Shown one piece after another: positions 17,101 to 25,347 of a stretch of DNA of 32,000 bases. The position numbers and the translations under genes are program-made. The notes beneath the pieces were generated by a model. That model did not search any database, had not been told where the DNA came from, and saw only the letters and a program-made list of their open reading frames with translations. Where the stretch lies: NCBI GenBank assembly GCA_963663995.1, contig OY760660.1:1650001-1682000 (forward strand), read 5' to 3'. Source of the stretch: Erysipelotrichaceae bacterium (GTDB taxonomy: Bacteria; Bacillota_I; Bacilli_A; Erysipelotrichales; Erysipelotrichaceae). Position 1 is the stretch's first letter; each line of letters opens with the position of its first letter.

Positions 17101-18434
17101 AAAATGATATACCATTTGGTTTTATGGGCTTCGATTCTGTATTAAAACATCATTTGTATTCCGATTATGAAAGAGCAATCTTAAGTGAAATTAGTAATGT
17201 GATTATGGTTGCCTTTAAGCGAAGAGATGATCAGTTAAATCTGAATAAGGAAAAAGATCTTTACTCAGCAACCCTTACTTCACTAAATGAAGGAATCATC
17301 ATCATTGATAAAGATTACTGCATACAATTTTGTAATGAGGCAGCTAAAGAAATAGTTGGTGCTAAAGTAGCATCACTTAATGGTTTAAATATCAGTGATG
17401 CTTTTAAATTGCATGATTTTAATACAAAAGAAATAAAAACAATTGATTGGCAAGCATTAAATAAAAATTATAGTCTTATCTTAGGGGATAACATCTACAT
17501 CAAACATCCAAATGGTGATATTCGCTTTATTGAAGGAAGTATCATTGTAAACGAAAATAAAGATCAAAATTTTGGCTATATTATAAACTTTAGAGATATC
17601 ACCAAACAAAAAGAAGATGCTCGCCTTACTGAAGCGTTCTTTACGATGAATTCAGATTTATTCTTTGTCGGCGATTTGGGGGGCATACTCAAGCGTATTA
17701 ATGATAAGTTTGCAACCGTTTTAGGCTTTAGTGCAGACGAAATTGCGGGGACAAGTCTCTATGATTACATTCATCCTGGTGATTTAGAAATTGTTAAAAA
17801 TGAGATTGTGAAGCTTTATCAAGATGAGATTATTAATCATTTGGTGTTACGAACTCGAACGAACAATAATGAATACCGTAGTATTGAATGGAGTGCTCGA
17901 AAAGGCTATGGAAGTCAATTCTATGCGACAGGAAGAGATGTCACTGATCGAATAGAAATTGAAGCTGAAAAAGAATATTTAACCTATCATGATGTGATGA
18001 CAGACTTATATAATCGACGATACATTGAAGAAATCTTTAAACATTTAGAGTTAGATAAGAAGTCTTTACCATTATCCATATTAAGCTGTGATGTAAATCA
18101 TCTAAAAGAAATCAATGATAATTATGGACATGCGACTGGGGATGAAAGTATTGTTTTAGCTTCACAAATACTTATACATAATTGTCGTCCAAAGGATATT
18201 GTTGTTCGTTATGGTGGCGATGAATTCATGATCGTTCTTCCTAACACAAAAGCTGAGGATGTTAAGAAAATTATGGAGAGAATTCATAATCATAAGGTTC
18301 ATACATCCAATGGTATAGAAGTAAGTTTGTCTGCAGGATATTCAACACGCTTGTCTTTTGAGACAAGTATGGATGAAACAATTCGTAATGCGGATGCACA
18401 TATGTACCGAAATAAACGCGCAAAAGTGAAATAA
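14106..18434 (+). CDS. Multidomain c-di-GMP turnover protein: PAS-PAS-GGDEF(degenerate, YEGDEF)-EAL-hemerythrin-GAF-PAS-PAS-GGDEF(intact)
   Basis: 1442 aa. Approximate domain coordinates: PAS ~14170-14500; PAS ~14530-14890; GGDEF-like ~14925-15390 with EGDEF at 15144-15161; EAL ~15420-16170 (QFEALLRW, DDFGTGYS, EGVET). The hemerythrin domain is ~16240-16620 with H / HxxxE / HxxxH / HxxxxD ligands. Then GAF ~16730-17240; PAS ~17270-17620; PAS ~17630-17960; GGDEF ~17985-18431 with GGDEF at 18213-18227. Confidence 0.88.
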   Translation: MTQMDVSEQIDLEKQKIEEKTSDIIELAPFPIIISDIESNTLVYANKRARDAYALGEDEGIGLPSIDFYVNQEDRKEFLTTLTQEGSVFDLEVELYDYQKNRYWALMSGTFIEFKGKPSIVVSINDINKRKHMELELTEEKKNYQLLTESISDVIWVYDLEKEKLEYMSPSITAITGFTAKETMTLPYASLITEEVRLSFMDCLHRAEKKFFRNGKKPVEITQEVKLLRKDKTEVWTEHVCKIVEDNEFIRVVGVARNIEDRKRTENYIEYLNTHDQLTGLLNKTAFRLFELEYSSVDNDYSIFFIDLDNFGVVNDAIGHREGDSIIVNIASKITKSMADRGRVFRYEGDEFVVFIPNANKEYLSAISSDLVRYISTEARVNDNAYILTASIGIAMGEENLTMDRVLNNAASALHIAKNVHNSVRFYTPNMDDLQRREVILEKDLPNALLRDQLRVYYQPIYDVRKGTINQFEALLRWEHPELGLVGPSEFIAIAEKNNYIIPITEWVYMEVLDCIKQFEEEGYEDISMSVNFSILAFTNRVENLVNYIRYAHEASAVLPSKIYVEITESMVVQNSKDLIKAIQLLKELGIRFELDDFGTGYSTFSKIKELPLNVAKIDRSLILNVDTDKKAYMIVDTMLSILHSLELEVVIEGVETIKQFETLVALNPDHIQGFLFNKPLPRIEALAYLKNSKKFGGLPVVYRFNENNIAVHWRNEWNCGIDVIDDEHRELYRFVNFIDLYKDDITKKNELNNDFYQNLIDRIAKHFDEEEDILKEHDFPQLDKHSDIHQELLDKVTTLFEAQKVDPKKRGEFLHFLTESYIVEHILYDDSLFIHYLNDPTAPLANLIFVDDYKGAVDSNDMGHYRRKLKESVSLQNLLSEISHSLMMLTPENFDEKINDALKRCALFVDADRAYIFTYNFEKKTTSNTHEWCQENISHEIDNLQNVPFEFVPDWVHTHSQGKTINIYDVKALPKDSGIRQILEPQGIWSLLTTPMMENDIPFGFMGFDSVLKHHLYSDYERAILSEISNVIMVAFKRRDDQLNLNKEKDLYSATLTSLNEGIIIIDKDYCIQFCNEAAKEIVGAKVASLNGLNISDAFKLHDFNTKEIKTIDWQALNKNYSLILGDNIYIKHPNGDIRFIEGSIIVNENKDQNFGYIINFRDITKQKEDARLTEAFFTMNSDLFFVGDLGGILKRINDKFATVLGFSADEIAGTSLYDYIHPGDLEIVKNEIVKLYQDEIINHLVLRTRTNNNEYRSIEWSARKGYGSQFYATGRDVTDRIEIEAEKEYLTYHDVMTDLYNRRYIEEIFKHLELDKKSLPLSILSCDVNHLKEINDNYGHATGDESIVLASQILIHNCRPKDIVVRYGGDEFMIVLPNTKAEDVKKIMERIHNHKVHTSNGIEVSLSAGYSTRLSFETSMDETIRNADAHMYRNKRAKVK

Positions 18435-18515
18435 TTTACCAAAATTTCTTTTGTATATTGACCTGGAGTGTAGTCTAGAACATATAATACATGCACGTGA
18501 AATTGAGGAATATAT

Positions 18516-19675
18516 ATGAGTGATAAAAGAGTATTGATACCCTTTGTGTTAATTACGGCTTCAACGTTTTTCTTAAGTATTGCATTACAAATGAGTTTAC
18601 CGAGCTTTTCTGTTTATTTAAACTCATTGAGTTTTCCTATAGCTTACATTGGAATGGTGTCCTTATCGGTTGCTTTTGCGGCAATGTTTTTTCGACCTGT
18701 ATCAGCATATTTGAATATGAAAATTGGCTCTGTAGAGACAGCTATGTTAGGTGCGATTTTATATAGTGTTGCTTTTTTAATACTGATATTTACAAAGTAT
18801 ATTCCACTTGTCGTATTCGCTAGAGTCTTACAAGGGATAGGAATGGGTTTAGGGGTCACTGTACTAGGGGGTATGGTTGCGCTTATTATCCCGCATGAAG
18901 AATTATTAAAAGGAATGAATATCTACTCCTTATTTGCTGCATCAACGGGTGCAGTTGGCCCTTATGTTGGGATGTTTTTAATTTTTGGTGATGATTTTAA
19001 TCCTTTATTTATAACAGCATTAGTTTCATCAATTATTGGTTTTATGATTCTTGTTTACTTGCATTTTAAAGTACATTTACCTGTTCCTAAAGATATTCAT
19101 ACACAAAAAAGTGGTATTCCAATTTATAAAAGCAGTGCATTATTTCCTGCCTTATCAGGTGCTTTTTTAGCTTTAGTGAATGCCGCTATTGTCTCGTATA
19201 TATCATTATATGCATTTGAAATTGGAATTAATAATGTTGGTTTCTTCTTCTTGCTAAACTTTGTTGGCTTGATTGCATCTCGTTTTGCCCTTCAACAAAT
19301 GGTCGCAAGAATGAGTTTATCCAGCATCTTTATTATTATGGGACTTGGTTTTGGAACAGTACTCGTATCCTTAACAGTATTTAGTTCAGTCTTTGCTTGG
19401 TCAATTATTTCCATCTTTAATGGATTTTTCTTCAATTTTAGTTTCACATTAATTAATACAATGGCTTTAAAAATGTTCCACTTTCAGATAAAACAACTGC
19501 TAATGCTTTCCTCTTTGTCTGTTTAGATTTTGGTTTCTTTTTGGGAGGAATTCTTTGGGGTCAAGTTGGAGATATCTTTTCATTAAAAAGTATTTTCTTA
19601 TTTGGTGCAGCATTAATTGTTGTATCACAAAGTATAAGTGCATTTATTATTTATCGTAAAGGGATACAGTTTTAA
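18516..19675 (+). pseudogene. MFS transporter, interrupted by a frameshift at an A5 run (19469-19473)
   Basis: The 336-aa ORF is polytopic and MFS-like. After the A5 run the original frame gives nonsense (FHFQIKQLLMLSSLSV*). The other frame continues as VPLSDKTTANAFLFVCLDFGFFLGGILWGQVGDIFSLKSIFLFGAALIVVSQSISAFIIYRKGIQF*, a typical last two MFS helices. Confidence 0.6.
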
Positions 19676-19743
19676 AAGGCATTTTAAGCGTAATTCATCA
19701 TTGAATCAATTATAATTGTCATAGTTATTTAGGAGGATGAATT

Positions 19744-20238
19744 ATGAGTATATATGACTTAAGTGTTAAAAAGGTTGATCAAAGTATCGTAAGTCTAGAT
19801 AAATATAAGGGTAAATTATTATTAATATTTAATAGTGCTACAGGATGTGGCTTTACGCCACAGTATGAAGGTTTACAAAATCTATATCTTAAATATAAAG
19901 ATAAAGGTTTAGAAATCTTAGACTTTCCATGTAATCAGTTTGGTAATCAAGCACCAGGGAACGATGGAGAATTAGCTGAGTTTTGTCAGTTAAAATATCA
20001 CACGACGTTTGAAACTTTTGCGAAGATAAATGTTAATGGTAAAGAAAGCGATCCACTCTTTAAGTATTTAAAAGACAATGCACCAAAAGCAAAAGGTTTA
20101 GGGCTTGTCATACCTAAGGTGATTAAGTGGAATTTCACCAAATTCCTTGTTGATCAAAATGGTAATGTCGTGAAAAGATATGAACCAACAACGACTGCAG
20201 AAGATATTGAAAATGATGTTTCCAATTTACTAATGTAA
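19744..20238 (+). CDS. gpx: Glutathione peroxidase family protein (Cys-type)
   Basis: Motifs NSATGCGFTPQY, FPCNQFGNQ and WNFTKFLV. AGGAGG RBS upstream. Confidence 0.9.
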   Translation: MSIYDLSVKKVDQSIVSLDKYKGKLLLIFNSATGCGFTPQYEGLQNLYLKYKDKGLEILDFPCNQFGNQAPGNDGELAEFCQLKYHTTFETFAKINVNGKESDPLFKYLKDNAPKAKGLGLVIPKVIKWNFTKFLVDQNGNVVKRYEPTTTAEDIENDVSNLLM

Positions 20239-20314
20239 AGTTTTGTTAATAATCTTTTATATTGATAGTCATCGATAGAATTATTTTGTAAACTAGGTTT
20301 GTGAGGTAAATTCA

Positions 20315-20740
20315 ATGTTAAGAGTTTTATTTGTATGTATTCACAATTCAGCAAGATCACAAATGGCTGAAGCTTATTTAAATAAGATGGGCGCAGGACA
20401 ATTTGTAGCTGAATCAGCTGGTTTAGAAGCTGGTAAGATGAACCCGATTGTAATAAAGGCTATGGCAGAAGAAGGCTATGATTTATCTAATAATACCTGT
20501 GATTCGGTCTTTGATTTTCATAAAGAAGGTCGCAAGTACGATTTAGTTGTTAAAGTGTGTGATCAAATCAATGGTGAACGTTGTCCTATCTTCCCAGGCG
20601 CAAAAGCGACGATGAATTGGAATCTACAAGATCCATCTGGATTAGATGGTGATGAAGAAGCGAAACTGAATCGTACCCGGGAAATAAGAGATCAAATTAA
20701 AGTAAAAGTACAAAATTTAATCGAAGAATTTGGTGAATAA
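20315..20740 (+). CDS. ArsC / low-molecular-weight phosphotyrosine phosphatase family protein
   Basis: VLFVCIHNSARSQMAE carries the CX5R(S) P-loop. A downstream Cys pair (VCDQINGERC) resembles thioredoxin-coupled ArsC. Confidence 0.75.
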   Translation: MLRVLFVCIHNSARSQMAEAYLNKMGAGQFVAESAGLEAGKMNPIVIKAMAEEGYDLSNNTCDSVFDFHKEGRKYDLVVKVCDQINGERCPIFPGAKATMNWNLQDPSGLDGDEEAKLNRTREIRDQIKVKVQNLIEEFGE

Positions 20741-20769
20741 GGTATCCGTTAGGATATCTTATTTTTTTT
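20739..20769 (+). terminator. Rho-independent terminator after the arsC-like gene
   Basis: Stem AAGGTATCC / GGATATCTT (9 bp including one G-U), loop GTTA, followed by a T8 run. Confidence 0.7.
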
Positions 20770-20851
20770 GTTTCGTTTACGTTATCTTTCTTTAACAGTT
20801 TTGTCACATCTTCCCGATAAACTAAGAAACATCTTAGATAGGGAGGATTAC

Positions 20852-22321
20852 ATGATGTATTTATTTAATCGTGCATTTGCATATGTAATGAAACAAAAAG
20901 GAAAGACAACTCTGCTTTTAATTCTGTTTTTCATTATCGCTAACATTGTCTTAGCAGGTTTATCAATCACCAATGCAACTGAAACTGCACAAATTTTAAC
21001 ACGTGAAGAAATTGGAGCTGAAGTTGTTTATTCAACAAATTCATCACAAATCAATATCGACTATCGTAATGGTTTGTTAGATGAGAATACAAATCCAGAC
21101 ACTTTGCTTGGTTTGCCAACGGTGGCGAATGCAAATTTATTATTAGGATCAGACTATATTGAAACAGTCGATTACGTCGCTAGTTATGAAGCATTTACAG
21201 ATGACAGTATTACACCATATATCTATGAATCAAGCACAACGACGGAAACAACATCAAGTGGTGGTGGCGGTAGTAAAGTTGTTTTAGGTTCATATGCAGA
21301 AAGTGGTGACTTAAGTTTTAGAACATTTAGTGCAGTAACACCGAATGATTTTGAGAACGAACTCACAGCTTTAATCGAAGGCCGTTTTGCGACTCAAAAA
21401 GAAATTGAATCTGGTGACTTTGTAGTATTAGTGAACTCAGTGTTAGCGGATTTAAACAATATTAGAATTGGTGATACATTAACTCTTACACCAACGATGG
21501 ATGGCTTTAACACCATTGCGATTGATTATGAAGTCATTGGTATTTATGAGTCCTTAGAAGTTGAGGATGATCGTACATCCAGTTCGATAAGCACATCACT
21601 TTTAGCACAAAATAGACTCTATACACCATTTAATACATTGTCATCGATTGGTGTAAGTCAAAGTGAAATTGATGGAATTATTTTAGATAAAGCAGTTATT
21701 ACATTAGATGATCCAATGAATGTAGAAGTTTATATGGCTTCTGTGGATGGATTGATTCAATTAGATTATGGATTATTATCAGCCAATGATGCTGTCTATG
21801 AAGAATTAGCTGGACCAATAGAGTCCTTAGGTGAACTAAGTAGTATATTGGTTTGGATTGTTGTTATTGCTGGAGCAGCTATTTTATCACTGATTACAGC
21901 TTTAACGATTAATCAACGTAAGAATGAAATAGGGATACTCTTAGCAATTGGTGAAAGTAAAGCGAAAATAGTCAGTCAATTTATTGTTGAAGTGGTTACG
22001 ATTGCGGTTATCGCATTTACATTATCGATTTTCTCTGGTATTCAAATTGGTTCTACCATTTCAGAACAAACGCTTGCATCCTTTGCGAGTGAAGATACAA
22101 GTGAAACCGTTGAATACAGCGGTGGCGGTGGCGGTGGAAAAAATAGTTCCACAGTTAGTGTTGAAGACATTGAACCAGTCGATGTAGATGTTAATTTTGA
22201 CATCATTGTACTTGTAGAATTCTTTGCGGCAGGAATCCTCTTGTCAGTGATTAGTGTTGCGATTCCAGCACTGTATGTCACTCGTTTTAACCCTAAACAA
22301 ATCTTAACGAATAACGGATAA
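20852..22321 (+). CDS. ABC transporter permease, FtsX/MacB type (single FtsX domain with a large extracytoplasmic domain)
   Basis: N-terminal TM (TTLLLILFFIIANIVLAGL), a ~330-aa extracytoplasmic domain, then three C-terminal TMs with a FtsX-like signature. GGGAGG RBS before ATG 20852. Gly runs are present (SSGGGGSK, SGGGGGGK). Confidence 0.85.
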   Translation: MMYLFNRAFAYVMKQKGKTTLLLILFFIIANIVLAGLSITNATETAQILTREEIGAEVVYSTNSSQINIDYRNGLLDENTNPDTLLGLPTVANANLLLGSDYIETVDYVASYEAFTDDSITPYIYESSTTTETTSSGGGGSKVVLGSYAESGDLSFRTFSAVTPNDFENELTALIEGRFATQKEIESGDFVVLVNSVLADLNNIRIGDTLTLTPTMDGFNTIAIDYEVIGIYESLEVEDDRTSSSISTSLLAQNRLYTPFNTLSSIGVSQSEIDGIILDKAVITLDDPMNVEVYMASVDGLIQLDYGLLSANDAVYEELAGPIESLGELSSILVWIVVIAGAAILSLITALTINQRKNEIGILLAIGESKAKIVSQFIVEVVTIAVIAFTLSIFSGIQIGSTISEQTLASFASEDTSETVEYSGGGGGGKNSSTVSVEDIEPVDVDVNFDIIVLVEFFAAGILLSVISVAIPALYVTRFNPKQILTNNG

Positions 22322-22333
22322 GGAGCCAGAAAT

Positions 22334-23020
22334 ATGTCAATCTTAAAATTAAACAATATTAGCTATGGTTACATTGATGGTAACCGTAAACGTACAATCT
22401 TAGATGATTTGTCTTATACCTTTGAAAAAGGAAAATTCTATAGTATCTTAGGTCCGTCGGGATCAGGTAAAACGACCCTCCTATCTTTGATGGGAGCTTT
22501 AGAAAAAACTCAAGGTGGAAGTATTGAGTTTGAAGGAAAGAAACTTGAAGCTATTGGTCTAACGAAATATCGACGTAATCATCAAGCCATCGTTTTCCAA
22601 CAATTTAATTTAATACCTTACATGACAGCTTTACAAAATGTGGAGAATGTCATGCACATTACCGAAAATGAATTACCAAAAGATAAGACGAAAACAGCTT
22701 TAAATCTACTCAATACATTTGGAATTGTAGAATCAAAAGCAAAACGATCCATCTCACAATTATCAGGTGGTGAACAACAACGGGTAGCGATCGCCAGAGC
22801 ACTCGCGACAGGTGTCGAACTGATCTTAGCTGATGAACCAACAGGTAATTTAGATACGGCCACTCAACATGAGATTGTGGATATCTTTAGAAAATTGGTT
22901 AATGATTATGAAACTTGTGTTATTGTCGTTACTCACTCAGATGAAGTTGCGAAAATGAGTGATGTCCAATTACGCCTAATTGATGGAAAACTTGTAGATA
23001 TAACAGGTAAACTCAAATGA
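22334..23020 (+). CDS. ABC transporter ATP-binding protein (MacB/LolD/FtsE-like)
   Basis: Walker A GPSGSGKTT, Q-loop, signature LSGGEQQRVAIARAL, Walker B LILADEPTGNLD, H-loop VTHS. Confidence 0.93.
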   Translation: MSILKLNNISYGYIDGNRKRTILDDLSYTFEKGKFYSILGPSGSGKTTLLSLMGALEKTQGGSIEFEGKKLEAIGLTKYRRNHQAIVFQQFNLIPYMTALQNVENVMHITENELPKDKTKTALNLLNTFGIVESKAKRSISQLSGGEQQRVAIARALATGVELILADEPTGNLDTATQHEIVDIFRKLVNDYETCVIVVTHSDEVAKMSDVQLRLIDGKLVDITGKLK

Positions 23021-24480
23021 GCAAATTTTTAGATTCAATTAACAACACTGAAGAAGAGAAAAAACATAAAGAAGTTGTTAAAGTGGAAAAACACAAAAAA
23101 GAAGACAATGAGAGTTTTCAAAAAGAACAGTTTCATGAAATAAAACCTGACTATAAGAAGTATTACATCATGGGAGGAATTGCCGCAATACTATTGATGG
23201 CCGCTTTCTTCCTGTTTAATCAAAAAATTGAAGTGACAAATCTTGTTGGATGGAACATTAGTGATGCGCGTACTTGGGCAGCTTCAAATGATTTACAACT
23301 TGTCTCACATGAAATCTATGATGAAAGTGACGCAGGAACAATTATTTCGCAAAATATTTTAGAAGGTGAATCGCTTAGCGCGAATAGTTCAATTGAAGTA
23401 GAAGTTTCTTTGGGTTTTGACCCAAATGAAGTGATTAGTTTACCAAATTTTGATGAAACATGGACTAAAACAAAAGTCATCACATGGTTAGATGAAAATG
23501 GGATAGAAAACTTCTCTTTTATCAGTGTTGAAGATGAAACTAAAGAAAGTGGTACAGTATTGAGTTTCAATACACCGGAAACAGTTTCCGATTATTCACG
23601 TTCACAAAGTATTGAATTTGAAGTGAGCATTCTTCCAATAGAAGTTGAAATTATTGTGGCTGATTTCTTAAACTACACAGTCGCGCAAATTGATGCATGG
23701 GCAGCTGATAATGAAGTTAAAGTTTATTACGCAGAAGGATATAGTGATACAACTGCCAATGGTAAAGTACTAGCACAAAGTATTGATAATGGTGAAATCA
23801 TGAATCCAGGTGATTCAATAACAGTAACATTATCTATAGGACCATCTATTAAAATCCCTTATTTTGATACTTACAGTTCTATTGTTGCGAGTAATTGGGC
23901 TAAAGATAATGGAATCGATCTAACACTGATTAACGAATACCATGAAGATACAGCAAAAGATGTAGTCATCTATCAGTCGATTGGAAGAGATACGATTGTA
24001 TCACAAGGAACTGATTTGACTTTGTATTATTCATTAGGTGATGAAGTAACCATTGGTTCATATCTGAATGGCTCAATCACTAGCTTAGAAGCATTCATCG
24101 AAGCACAAAATGATTTGAAAGCAAATCTAAGTTTAAATATTACGTATAGTTATTCTTCAAGTGTTGCTTTAAATAAAATTATTTCTCAATCTGTTAGAGA
24201 TGATCAAGTACATATAGGGTCTACAATTGATGTAATCGTATCACTGGGTAATCTAGTGACTGTACCTGACTTCACGACATTAAGTGGCGTAAGTTATGAC
24301 TCAGCAATCGGAACATACAATGGTGTCACATCAGAATGTACATCAAGTAAACTAACTTGTAAGATTGTCTTTGAAGATGTCGAAGATGAAACAACAATTG
24401 GTGATGTCTTATCACAATCAGTTGATGCAGGAACAAGTATTTCTGATTCAACAGTTATTGAAATCAAAATTGCAGAATAA
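23017..24480 (+). CDS. Bitopic membrane protein with six PASTA-like extracellular repeats
   Basis: 487 aa. Lys/Glu-rich cytoplasmic N-terminus, TM at aa 51-67, then six ~65-aa repeats. Each begins (V/I)x(V/L)P(N/D)F-like and ends ...G(D/S)xIxVxxSxG, fitting the PASTA pattern. ATGA overlap with the ATPase stop. Confidence 0.7.
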   Translation: MSKFLDSINNTEEEKKHKEVVKVEKHKKEDNESFQKEQFHEIKPDYKKYYIMGGIAAILLMAAFFLFNQKIEVTNLVGWNISDARTWAASNDLQLVSHEIYDESDAGTIISQNILEGESLSANSSIEVEVSLGFDPNEVISLPNFDETWTKTKVITWLDENGIENFSFISVEDETKESGTVLSFNTPETVSDYSRSQSIEFEVSILPIEVEIIVADFLNYTVAQIDAWAADNEVKVYYAEGYSDTTANGKVLAQSIDNGEIMNPGDSITVTLSIGPSIKIPYFDTYSSIVASNWAKDNGIDLTLINEYHEDTAKDVVIYQSIGRDTIVSQGTDLTLYYSLGDEVTIGSYLNGSITSLEAFIEAQNDLKANLSLNITYSYSSSVALNKIISQSVRDDQVHIGSTIDVIVSLGNLVTVPDFTTLSGVSYDSAIGTYNGVTSECTSSKLTCKIVFEDVEDETTIGDVLSQSVDAGTSISDSTVIEIKIAE

Positions 24481-24506
24481 ATCTCTTTATGAGATTTTTT
24501 CTTTTT
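24478..24506 (+). terminator. Probable rho-independent terminator after the PASTA gene
   Basis: Stem AAATCTC / GAGATTT, loop TTTAT, followed by a T-rich tail. The stem is short and AT-rich. Confidence 0.45.
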
Positions 24507-24585
24507 GTATGACTTTCGTTATAAAACTGTTACATCTCTTCTCTATGATAGGTACTGTAGAAATACAATTAATGGAGAATCTTAA

Positions 24586-25263
24586 ATGAAATTAAAATTA
24601 GGTAGTTTACTATTGCTTATCTCTCTACTAGGCTTAAGTGCTTGTTCAAGTAATACTAATCAAATTGTAGAGGATGAAAATGAACTTGTAGAGTCAGGTG
24701 GAGAAGAATCAATTCCACAAGATACATCGGTTGAAGAAAATGCAGATCCACAAGATGGCACTGGTACAGGACAAGGAAACAAAGGGGGTAATAATTCAAT
24801 TGAAATAGATTTGACTTTAGTTCCTGAACAAACAGTATTCTTTGATGAAACATATACCATTGGTGAAATGTTAGAATATGCCATTCAAGATGAATTTGCA
24901 GCAAGACATGAATATGAAGTTATCATAGATGAATTTGGTGAAATATCACCGTTTGTTTCAATTATGGCTGCAGAAGAAAGTCATATTGAAAGTTTGATGA
25001 CTGTCTACAACAACAACGCTTATGTCATTCCACAAGATGAGTCAGATGCTCGTGTTGTGCATCCAGCAAGTATCATTGAGGCTTTAGAAACAGGTATTCA
25101 AGCAGAAGTGAATAACGTTGCTTTATATGCTGCATTCTTAGAAACAGAGGATTTACCTGATGATATTAGAACGGTTTTTGAATTGTTGAAGTCAGGCTCA
25201 GAAAGTCATTTAGAATCGTTTGTATTAGCACTACAAAGACAAACAAGTGAAACTGAAGAATAA
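24586..25263 (+). CDS. Lipoprotein with a C-terminal ferritin-like (DUF2202-like) four-helix domain
   Basis: Signal peptide with lipobox LLGLSAC and an acidic low-complexity linker. The C-terminal half has paired E...H/ExxH-like motifs (QDEFAARHEYE, AAEESHIESL, IQAEVNNVALY, SGSESHLESF). Confidence 0.6.
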   Translation: MKLKLGSLLLLISLLGLSACSSNTNQIVEDENELVESGGEESIPQDTSVEENADPQDGTGTGQGNKGGNNSIEIDLTLVPEQTVFFDETYTIGEMLEYAIQDEFAARHEYEVIIDEFGEISPFVSIMAAEESHIESLMTVYNNNAYVIPQDESDARVVHPASIIEALETGIQAEVNNVALYAAFLETEDLPDDIRTVFELLKSGSESHLESFVLALQRQTSETEE

Positions 25264-25288
25264 TCGGTTTTTTTAGTAAGCATCATGA

Positions 25289-25319
25289 TTGACTTATTAT
25301 AGAATTATAACTATTATAA
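25289..25319 (+). promoter_or_regulatory. Promoter (TTGACT, 17 nt, TATTAT) overlapped by a near-consensus PerR box, TTATAACTATTATAA (25305-25319)
   Basis: -35 at 25289-25294 and -10 at 25312-25317. The 7-1-7 inverted repeat matches the Bacillus PerR box TTATAATNATTATAA at 14 of 15 positions. Confidence 0.55.
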
Positions 25320-25347
25320 TATTGTAATGATTATAGAAAGGATACAA

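Noticed and set aside
18453-18485. A MerR-type promoter upstream of the MFS gene (TTGACC with a 19-nt spacer to TATAAT).
   Set aside because: The long spacer is suggestive, but the spacer has no dyad symmetry apart from a trivial TCTAGA. No MerR-family gene is adjacent.
21255-22140. GGT/GGC tandem codon repeats in the FtsX permease gene (around 21255-21270 and 22121-22138), encoding G4 and G6 runs.
   Set aside because: The repeats are short and in frame, so any slippage would only change linker length. They are consistent with flexible linkers rather than a regulatory or phase-variable element.
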